From the NCBI RefSeq assembly GCF_042660085.1, contig NZ_JBHSTI010000008.1:1659876-1691875 (forward strand): a DNA stretch of 32,000 nucleotides, read 5' to 3'. Positions within the stretch are counted from its first letter, which is position 1, and each line of letters opens with the position of its first letter. The DNA comes from Longivirga aurantiaca. GTDB lineage: Bacteria; Actinomycetota; Actinomycetes; S36-B12; CAIYMF01. This document shows, one piece after another, positions 15,696 to 21,974 of the stretch. The translations under genes and the position numbers were made by a program. Below the pieces are notes generated by a model. The model had not been told where the DNA came from, did not search any database, and saw only the letters and a program-made list of their open reading frames with translations.

Positions 15696-16811
15696 TCAGA
15701 AGCGGACGTCCCAGCCCGTCGTCCGCAGACCGTCGGCAAGGCTCGACGCCGACTCGGGCGACACCTCGAGCTCCACCAGCCCTGTCGGACGGCCCTGGGC
15801 GTGCTCGATCCGCACGTCCTCGAGGTTGACCCCCGTGGCGCCCGCGTCGGCGAACAGCCGCCCGAGCTCGCCCGGGCGGTCGGCGACCGAGACCGCGACG
15901 ACGGCCCAGGTGACGGGTGCAGCGCCGTGCTTGCCCGGCACGCGCCGGTGACCGACGACGCCTGCCTCGAGGGACGTCCGCACCGCTGCCGCGCCCGCCT
16001 CCCCCGCCCGCAGCCCGTCCCGCACCGCCGCCAGGCGGTCGATGAGCGAGTCGAGCGCACCAGCCACCGGCTCGGCGTTGCTGGCGAGGATCTCGGCCCA
16101 CAGGCCGGGGTCGGAGGCTGCGAGGCGGGTGACATCGCGCAGGCCCTGGCCGGAGAGCCGTACGCCGGTGTCGCCGAGGTCCGCCAGCCCTGCGGCCACC
16201 GTGGAGGCGACCACCTGCGGCGTGTGCGAGGTGAGCGCCACCGCACGGTCGTGCTCATCGGGCGAGGTGATCACCGGCACCGCTCCCAGGGACTCCACCA
16301 GGGCGGCGACCTGCCGCGTGCGTGTGAGGTCCGTGGCCGCGGACGGCGTCAGCGCCCACACCCGGTCGGCGAACAGATCGGCCCGCGCTGCCGCCGGACC
16401 GGACACCTCGCGCCCAGCCATGGGATGCCCAGGGACGAATCGAGCGATCGCGGACGCATCCAGCCCTGAAGTCTCGATCTCCCGCTGAAGTCTAGCCTTG
16501 GTGCTCACCACGTCACTCACTGTCGCGTTGACAGTGCTTCGAAGTACCTCGATTACGACTGACGGCGCCGCGGCGGGCGGGACGGCCACGATCACCAGGG
16601 CCGGCTCCCCCGCAGCGGGCCGTGGCAGCCCCGCGCCCCGCTCCACGGCGACGCTCAGCGCCTCCGGGTCGCGGTCCTGGAGCCAGACCTCCGTCCCCCG
16701 CTCGCGCAGAGCGAGCGCCACCGACGCGCCGATGAGCCCCGTCCCGATCACCAGCACCGGGCCAGCCGTAGAGGTGGGCGCGTCGCCCGGCACCGGGACC
16801 ACACCGGTCAC
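15696..16811 (-). CDS. tyrA: Prephenate dehydrogenase with a C-terminal ACT-like domain
   Basis: Rossmann motif VLVIGTGLIGASVA, then DVVSTK and PGHPMAGRE. The GTG at 16811 forms a GTGA overlap with the chorismate mutase stop. Confidence 0.9.
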   Translation of the reverse strand: MTGVVPVPGDAPTSTAGPVLVIGTGLIGASVALALRERGTEVWLQDRDPEALSVAVERGAGLPRPAAGEPALVIVAVPPAAAPSVVIEVLRSTVNATVSDVVSTKARLQREIETSGLDASAIARFVPGHPMAGREVSGPAAARADLFADRVWALTPSAATDLTRTRQVAALVESLGAVPVITSPDEHDRAVALTSHTPQVVASTVAAGLADLGDTGVRLSGQGLRDVTRLAASDPGLWAEILASNAEPVAGALDSLIDRLAAVRDGLRAGEAGAAAVRTSLEAGVVGHRRVPGKHGAAPVTWAVVAVSVADRPGELGRLFADAGATGVNLEDVRIEHAQGRPTGLVELEVSPESASSLADGLRTTGWDVRF

Positions 16812-17170
16812 TGGGCGAGGTCCTGGCGCAGCGCCTCGGCGCCGCGCAGGTAGACGTGGACCACCTCGGACCGCGGCACGTCCATCTCGGCGTGCGCCAT
16901 CACGCGCACGACCCGGGACAGCGCGCCGGGTACGGCGATCTCCTGGGCGCAGATGAGCGGCACGTCCCCGAGCCCGATCCCCCGCGCTGCGGCCGCCGGG
17001 AACATGCAGACCAGGTCCGGCGTGGAGGTGAAGATCACCGAGATCAGATCGGCCCGGTCCAGCCCGTTGCGCTCGAGCAGGGCACTCACCAGCTCGACGA
17101 CCGCGTCGGTCATCTCGGCCGGGTCGTCGGCAGACAGGCGGGTGGCGCCACGCAGCGCTCGGACGGACAC
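16808..17170 (-). CDS. aroH: Chorismate mutase, AroH class
   Basis: 120 aa with VRALRGATRL...FTSTPDL...FPAAAAR...RVVRVMAHAE...HVYLRGAEALRQDL, which closely parallels B. subtilis AroH (from memory). The GTG at 17170 is preceded by GAAAGGGG. Confidence 0.88.
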   Translation of the reverse strand: MSVRALRGATRLSADDPAEMTDAVVELVSALLERNGLDRADLISVIFTSTPDLVCMFPAAAARGIGLGDVPLICAQEIAVPGALSRVVRVMAHAEMDVPRSEVVHVYLRGAEALRQDLAQ

Positions 17171-17262
17171 GGTGGACCCCTTTCGGTCGACGGCTCACCT
17201 TAGCGATCCAGCGATCACTCTCCTTGATGACTCACCGATGAGCCGCCCCATCGCTTCAGCCA

Positions 17263-17541
17263 TCAGTCGTTGGAGCGACCTGCCATTTTAGCCTTTTGTC
17301 GATCTAACGTCTTCTCAGCAATGCGACTTGGCGATCCATCACCAGGAGCCGGATCCAGCACCGCGTGCGCGGAAGCGACTGCTCCCCCGTCGGCATCGCC
17401 CTGGTCGTCGGCCGGTGCCGGCCCGTCCTGGCCCACGGGCGCGCTGCTGAGCTCGACCTGGCCCCCTGACCTGGGCAGATAGTGGCAACGCCGGCAGGGA
17501 GCTCGGACCCATGCTGAGGGCTGATAGCGTTTTGTCGACAT
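17263..17541 (-). CDS. Very tentative small ORF (92 aa; MSTKRYQPSAWVRAPCRRCHY...) in the rluB-aroH spacer
   Basis: Moderate GC3 (about 70% in its centre) and the same orientation as its neighbours. The ATG lies inside TGTCGACA copy d, and a TTGACG-N19-TACGGT promoter-like element lies upstream. I recognise no homology and the sequence is low-complexity. Confidence 0.2.
   Translation of the reverse strand: MSTKRYQPSAWVRAPCRRCHYLPRSGGQVELSSAPVGQDGPAPADDQGDADGGAVASAHAVLDPAPGDGSPSRIAEKTLDRQKAKMAGRSND
17533..17540. promoter_or_regulatory. TGTCGACA palindrome, copy d (rluB-aroH spacer)
   Basis: Exact copy. Context is GTTTTGTCGACATGC. Degenerate relatives lie at 17297-17304 (TGTCGATC), 17577-17584 (TGTCGTCA) and 17612-17619 (TGTCGACG). 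Confidence 0.4.
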
Positions 17542-17661
17542 GCTAGGGAATGCGACCGTAGGGGTCACAGTCGACTTGTCGTCAACGGAGAAGATGCCGG
17601 GCAGACCGATTTGTCGACGAAGCGTTCTAGCGGTTGCTCGCTCGGTCGATGCAGCGTCGAT

Positions 17662-17676
17662 CGGCCCTCGGGGCCG
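17662..17676 (-). terminator. Small GC hairpin abutting the rluB stop codon
   Basis: CGGCCC-TCG-GGGCCG, a 6-bp stem. It is weak on its own. Confidence 0.3.
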
Positions 17677-18423
17677 CTAGAGCCCGACGGCGGCGTAGAG
17701 CTCGCCGACCTCCTGGATCGACAGCGTGCGCACCTTGCCCGAGCGCAGATCGCCGAGACCGATCGGACCGACCTTGACCCGGACCAGCCCCTCGACGGGG
17801 TGCCCGACCTCCTTGAGGAGGCGTCGGACGATGTGCTTGCGACCCTCGTGCAGCACCAGCTCGACGAGGCTCCGGCCGGGGGCGGAGGTGACGATCCGGA
17901 ACCGGTCCACGCGCACGATGCCGTCCTCGAGCTCGACTCCGTCGCGGAGCCGACGGCCGAGGTCGCGCGGGATGGTCCCCCGCACCTGGGCGAGGTAGGT
18001 CTTGGTGACGCCGTGCGAGGGGTGGGCGAGCCGCTGGGCGAGGTCGCCGTCGTTGGTCAGGAGGAGCAGACCCTCGGTGTCGGCGTCGAGACGGCCGACG
18101 TGGAAGAGCCGCTCCTTGCGCCCCTTCAGGTAGTCCCCTACGCAGGGCCGGCCGCGGTCGTCGCTCATGGTGGAGTGCACGCCACGCGGCTTGTTGAGCG
18201 CGAGCACGACGTGCCCGGGGGCCGTGGGGATGCGCATCCCGTCGACCTTGATGACCGCGCTCGAGGGGTCCACGCGCAGGCCCTGCTCGAGCACGATCCG
18301 GCCGTCGACCTCGACCCGGCCTTCGTCGATCATCTCCTCGCACGCGCGCCGGCTACCGATCCCGGCCGCGGCCAGGACCTTCTGCAGACGGACACCCGTC
18401 TCGGACGACGCTTGGGGGCTCAC
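17677..18423 (-). CDS. rluB: 23S rRNA pseudouridine synthase, RsuA/RluB family, with an S4 domain
   Basis: S4 domain (RLQKVLAAAGIGSRRACEEMIDEGRVEVDG) and the catalytic motif HVGRLDADTEGLLLLTNDGDL. Confidence 0.9.
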   Translation of the reverse strand: MSPQASSETGVRLQKVLAAAGIGSRRACEEMIDEGRVEVDGRIVLEQGLRVDPSSAVIKVDGMRIPTAPGHVVLALNKPRGVHSTMSDDRGRPCVGDYLKGRKERLFHVGRLDADTEGLLLLTNDGDLAQRLAHPSHGVTKTYLAQVRGTIPRDLGRRLRDGVELEDGIVRVDRFRIVTSAPGRSLVELVLHEGRKHIVRRLLKEVGHPVEGLVRVKVGPIGLGDLRSGKVRTLSIQEVGELYAAVGL

Positions 18424-18439
18424 AGTCTCAACCTCAACT

Positions 18440-19189
18440 TCACATTTCGTCGGCTAGTGCATCAAGTAGTTCAATGTCCGGCAGGTAGTCAGCCACCGGG
18501 GGCAACTCTGCCAGGTCGGTGATCCCCAGCCGCTCGAGGAACAGGTCCGTGGTCCGGTACAGGATCGCCTGGCTCGTCGGGTCGTGCCCCGCCTCGCCGA
18601 TGAGCCCCCGGCTCGTGAGCGTGCGGATGACGCCGTCGACGTTCACCCCGCGCACGGCGGAGATGCGCGCCCGGCTGACGGGCTGCCGGTACGCGACCAC
18701 GGCGAGGGTCTCCAGGGCGGCCTGGGTGAGCTTGGCCTGCTGCCCGTCACGCACGAACCGCTCCACGACCTCGGAGCAGTCCGCGCGCGTGTAGAACCGC
18801 CAGCCGCCGGCGACCTCGCGCAGGTCGAACCCCCGGCCCGCCTCGGCATAGCCGGCGGACAGGCTCCGGACGGCCTCCTCGACCTCGGCGGTGGTGCGCC
18901 GGACGATCGTGGCGAGCGTCGGGATGTCCAGGGGCTCGTCGGTCACGAGGAGCACGGCCTCGAGGGCGGCGTCGAGAGTGGGGGCTCCCAGGGTGTCGCT
19001 CGGCTGGTCGTCCTCGTCGGTGCCGTCCGGCTCCGACGCCTCGTCGGCGTCCGCCGCGGGGCGCTCGGAGGCGCGTGCGGGCGCCTCTGCGGCCTCCGGG
19101 GGCGTCGGGGCGTCCTCGGACGTCGTCGCGGCCTCCAGCGCCTCCACGGGGGGCTGCTGGGCCTGCTCGGTCACGTCGGGGTCGGTCAC
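18440..19189 (-). CDS. scpB: Segregation and condensation protein B with a disordered acidic/Pro-rich N-terminus
   Basis: LEAVLLVTDEPL...GFDLREVAGGWRFYT...LTQAALETLAVVAYRQPVSRARISAVRGVNVDGVIRTL. The GTG at 19189 forms a GTGA overlap with the scpA stop. Confidence 0.9.
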   Translation of the reverse strand: MTDPDVTEQAQQPPVEALEAATTSEDAPTPPEAAEAPARASERPAADADEASEPDGTDEDDQPSDTLGAPTLDAALEAVLLVTDEPLDIPTLATIVRRTTAEVEEAVRSLSAGYAEAGRGFDLREVAGGWRFYTRADCSEVVERFVRDGQQAKLTQAALETLAVVAYRQPVSRARISAVRGVNVDGVIRTLTSRGLIGEAGHDPTSQAILYRTTDLFLERLGITDLAELPPVADYLPDIELLDALADEM

Positions 19190-20241
19190 GCGTCGGCCTC
19201 CGGGCTCCTGTGCTGGTCGATCGGGTCCGCGTCCTCGTCGTCGCCGAGCACGACGCCCGAGATGTCTGCGATGTCCTGGTCTGTGACCTCGGCCGCGGCC
19301 TCGGGCTCGGGCTCCGCGACCGGGCTGCCCTCGTACTCCTCGGCCGCCACGGCCACCTCGCCGTCGGCGGGCCCCGTCCACCGGATGTGGAGCTCCCCGA
19401 GGGGGTCGACCTGGTCGAACGCGACCGATCCCTCGCGATAGAGCTCGAGCAGGGCCAGGAAGCGCGCCACCACGAGCAGCGTGGTGTCGCAGTCGGCGGT
19501 GAGGTGCCGGAAGGTCTGCGAGGGGTTCCGGCGCAGCCGGTCCACGAGCACCGCGGCCTGCTCACGCACGCTCACGCGCGGGGCATGGATGTGCGATATG
19601 CCAACGGACGCAACCGGTTTCGGTGCAAGCGCCCGAGCCGCAAGCGCAGCGAACTCGGCCGGGCCGAGACCGATCAGCACCTCGGGTAGGAGGTCGGAGT
19701 ACTCAGGGTCGAGGCCGGCCGTGCGGGGGCGGCGGCGTGCTCCCGTGCGGAGCATCTCCCCCAGCAGCTCGGAGACGTCGCGGAAAGCCCTGTACTGCAG
19801 CAGCCGCGCGAAGAGCAGGTCACGGGCCTCGAGCAGGGCGAGGTCCTCCTCGTCCTCGACCTCGCCGGACGGGAGCAGCCGAGCGGCCTTGAGGTCGAGC
19901 AGAGTCGCGGCCACGACGAGGAACTCGGTGGCCTCGTCGAGGTCCCACTCGGGCCCACGGGCCCGGATGTGCGCGAGGAAGTCGTCGATCACGGTGTGCA
20001 GCGCGAGCACCGTGACGTCGAGCTTGTGCTTGGCGATCAACGAGAGCAGGAGGTCGAACGGGCCCTCGAACTCGTCGAGCCGCACCGAGAAGCTGTCGCT
20101 GGGCTCCGCCGGCGGGGCGTCCGGGGGGCCGCTGACCTCGCCGTCGGGGCCCTGGTCCTGCGTCATCACGACGTCGTCGCCGGGCACCGCACCCGTGGCG
20201 GGGGCGGCCCCGGTCGGGTCGGAGGCGAGGACGTCGATCAC
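19186..20241 (-). CDS. scpA: Segregation and condensation protein A (kleisin)
   Basis: FSVRLDEFEGPFDLLLSLIAKHKLDVTVLAL...LLELYREG. The start is uncertain: GTG at 20241, or the internal ATG 25 codons downstream. Confidence 0.88.
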   Translation of the reverse strand: MIDVLASDPTGAAPATGAVPGDDVVMTQDQGPDGEVSGPPDAPPAEPSDSFSVRLDEFEGPFDLLLSLIAKHKLDVTVLALHTVIDDFLAHIRARGPEWDLDEATEFLVVAATLLDLKAARLLPSGEVEDEEDLALLEARDLLFARLLQYRAFRDVSELLGEMLRTGARRRPRTAGLDPEYSDLLPEVLIGLGPAEFAALAARALAPKPVASVGISHIHAPRVSVREQAAVLVDRLRRNPSQTFRHLTADCDTTLLVVARFLALLELYREGSVAFDQVDPLGELHIRWTGPADGEVAVAAEEYEGSPVAEPEPEAAAEVTDQDIADISGVVLGDDEDADPIDQHRSPEADA

Positions 20242-20369
20242 GCGCGGAAACCTACCTTCCGCAGCGCAGCGCGGCTGCTCGCCCGACGGTGACCGTCCGG
20301 CGCGTCGCTCCGGGACGACGGCCGCCCGGCCGGTCAGCGGGTTCCCGCACTCCGGCCGATGAATCGCTG

Positions 20370-20377
20370 TGTCGACA
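20370..20377. promoter_or_regulatory. TGTCGACA palindrome, copy g (RHH-scpA spacer)
   Basis: Exact copy. It lies 4 nt from the base of the 20381-20422 hairpin. Confidence 0.4.
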
Positions 20378-20380
20378 GAT

Positions 20381-20422
20381 CGATGACCTCTGACCTGCGA
20401 CGACGCAGGTCAGAGGTCATCG
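20381..20422 (-). terminator. Perfect 19-bp stem / 4-nt loop hairpin 10 nt after the RHH-gene stop. Both arms contain the GCAGGTCAGAGG motif.
   Basis: CGATGACCTCTGACCTGCG-ACGA-CGCAGGTCAGAGGTCATCG. Confidence 0.7.
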
Positions 20423-20431
20423 GGGTCGCGT

Positions 20432-20893
20432 TCAGAGACCGCGCAGGCGACGGACGAGGATGCTCTCGTCGCCCTTGGCCTCCAGGTCGGCGATCACCAC
20501 GGCCACCGCCTCCCGCACGATCCGGCCGCGGTCCACGGCCATGCCGTGCTGGGCTCGCAGGGCGAGCTTGGCCTGCTCGAGGGCGACGAGCTCCTCCGGC
20601 GAGACGTAGACGGTGATCTTCTCCTCGTGCCGCTCGCGACCCGTCGGGCGCAGATCGCCCGGACGCTGGCGGCGCTTGGGCGTCGTGCGCACCCGGGTCG
20701 GGGTGCCGGCGACCGTCGCGCCGGCAGGTGCGACCTCAGCGGCCTGCGACCGGGTCTCGGCGGGCGTCGGCGCCAGGGCCACGACGGCAGGTGCCGGGTC
20801 GGCCGAGGAGTCGGTGTCCGGCTCGGGCGCCGGTGCGTCCGACGTACGGCGGAACAGCTCGTCCGCCCCGGGCAGCGTCGCGCGTCGGCTCAT
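20432..20893 (-). CDS. Small protein with a disordered basic/Pro-Ala-rich N-terminus and a C-terminal ribbon-helix-helix-like DNA-binding domain. Candidate ParA partner.
   Basis: The C-terminal sequence EKITVYVSPEELVALEQAKLALRAQHGMAVDRGRIVREAVAVVIADLE fits the strand-helix-turn-helix pattern of CopG/Arc/ParG proteins. ATGA overlap with the parA-like stop. Confidence 0.6.
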   Translation of the reverse strand: MSRRATLPGADELFRRTSDAPAPEPDTDSSADPAPAVVALAPTPAETRSQAAEVAPAGATVAGTPTRVRTTPKRRQRPGDLRPTGRERHEEKITVYVSPEELVALEQAKLALRAQHGMAVDRGRIVREAVAVVIADLEAKGDESILVRRLRGL

Positions 20894-21810
20894 GGTGCCA
20901 GCACCTCCCTCGCGAGCTGGCGGTACGCCGCGGCGCCCGTCGAGCTCGATGCGTACGTCGTGATGGGCTCGCCCGCGACGGTCGTCTCGGGGAATCGGAC
21001 CGTGCGGGCGATGACCGTGTGGAACACCTTGTCGTCGAACGCCTCGACAACCCGGGCCAGGACCTCGCGGCTGTGCAAGGTGCGGCTGTCGTACATCGTG
21101 GCTAGAATTCCCTCAACCTCAAGTCGAGGGTTAATCCGTTCCTGGACGCGGTAGATGGTGTCCATGAGCAGGGCTACACCGCGCAGGGCGAAGAACTCGC
21201 ACTCCAGCGGGATGATCACGCCGTCGGCCGCGGCCAGCGCGTTGACCGTCAGCAGGCCCAGGGAGGGCTGGCAGTCGATCAGGACGATGTCGTACTCCCC
21301 CAGCACCGGCGCGAGCACGCGGGCGAGGGTCTGCTCCCGGGCGACCTCCGAGACCAGCTGCACCTCGGCGGCGGACAGGTCGATGTTGCCCGGCAGCAGG
21401 TCCAGGCCGGCGACGGAGGTCTTGAGCAGGACGTCCTCGATGGCCACGTCGCGCTGCATGAGCAGGTTGTAGACGGTGAGGTCGAGCTCGTGCGGGTTGA
21501 CCCCGAGCCCGACCGAGAGCGCCCCCTGCGGGTCGAAGTCGACGACCAGGACCCGACGGCCCGCCTCGGCGAGCGCGGCCCCGAGGTTGATCGTGGTGGT
21601 GGTCTTGCCCACGCCGCCCTTCTGGTTGCACAGGGCGATGACGCGTGCGGGTCCGTGCGACTCCAGCACCGGCGGCTCGGGGAACACCTGCTTGGGCCGC
21701 AGCGTCGCGTCGAGCTCGACGGGCTCGGTGCCGGCGGCCGGGAGACCTGGCGTCGGGCTGTCGTCCGCGGGAGCCGGGTCCGGCTCGGCCGCGTTTGTCG
21801 ACATAGTCAC
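20890..21810 (-). CDS. ParA/Soj-family (deviant Walker A) ATPase, the orphan chromosomal type found next to scpAB/xerD in actinobacteria
   Basis: VIALCNQKGGVGKTTTTINLGAALAE...VLVVDFDPQG...IVLIDCQPSLG. The start is either the GTG at 21810 or the ATG at 21804. Confidence 0.9.
   Translation of the reverse strand: MTMSTNAAEPDPAPADDSPTPGLPAAGTEPVELDATLRPKQVFPEPPVLESHGPARVIALCNQKGGVGKTTTTINLGAALAEAGRRVLVVDFDPQGALSVGLGVNPHELDLTVYNLLMQRDVAIEDVLLKTSVAGLDLLPGNIDLSAAEVQLVSEVAREQTLARVLAPVLGEYDIVLIDCQPSLGLLTVNALAAADGVIIPLECEFFALRGVALLMDTIYRVQERINPRLEVEGILATMYDSRTLHSREVLARVVEAFDDKVFHTVIARTVRFPETTVAGEPITTYASSSTGAAAYRQLAREVLAP
21796..21803. promoter_or_regulatory. TGTCGACA palindrome, copy h (overlaps the parA-like start codon region)
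   Basis: Exact copy. On the minus strand it reads ATGTCGACAAAC, coding M-S-T-N. Confidence 0.4.
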
Positions 21811-21958
21811 AAGCAGACTCGTCTCTGTCGCGATAGAAATCCTGATCGCCTTGGCGATGGAGCGTCACCCTAGGCGCGTCCGCGCGCCGGAGGCAAGACG
21901 CGGGCGTGACCGGTCAGCCGTCCGGGGGCATCCGGGCGCGGGCGAGCGCCGCGAAACC

Positions 21959-21970
21959 GCAGGTCAGAGG
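21959..21970. repeat. GCAGGTCAGAGG 12-mer, 4 nt beyond the xerD stop
   Basis: Exact match to 15671-15682 and 20405-20416. The match to the tyrA copy extends to GCAGGTCAGAGGC. Confidence 0.6.
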
Positions 21971-21974
21971 CCTG

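Noticed and set aside
15624-16469. The plus-strand ORF beginning ATGTCGACAAAA (M-S-T-K) at palindrome copy b. The same start motif occurs at the parA start and at the 17541 ORF, which suggested a family of MST-initiated genes.
   Set aside because: Downstream it is exactly the antisense shadow of tyrA and has no recognisable protein features. The shared ATGTCGACAAA is better explained as a DNA-level motif than as a conserved N-terminus.
17195-17263. 22-codon uORF (MAEAMGRLIGESSRRVIAGSLR) in the aroH leader as a possible aromatic-amino-acid attenuation leader peptide
   Set aside because: It contains no Phe, Tyr or Trp codons and has poor GC3. No terminator/antiterminator pair is evident.
15577-21803. 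TTGTCGACA sites as DnaA boxes or an origin-like cluster. The actinobacterial DnaA box consensus is TTGTCCACA.
   Set aside because: All copies carry G instead of the conserved C, which makes the core a perfect palindrome that DnaA boxes are not. There is no dnaA/dnaN context. Weak DnaA binding cannot be excluded without an experiment.
15577-21803. TTGTCGACA sites as PafBC-type RecA-independent damage promoters (tTGTCRgtg-N8-TAnnnT), or as ordinary -35 elements (TCGACA versus TTGACA)
   Set aside because: I checked both orientations of each exact copy. None has a TAnnnT hexamer at 8 nt (PafBC type) or a plausible -10 at 16-18 nt.
20242-21974. Canonical ParB-type parS (GTTTCACGTGAAAC-like) near the ParA-like gene
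   Set aside because: I saw no such AT-containing palindrome in the spacers flanking parA/RHH or elsewhere in the window. No ParB (HTH, CTPase) gene is present, so the classical ParABS interpretation does not apply.
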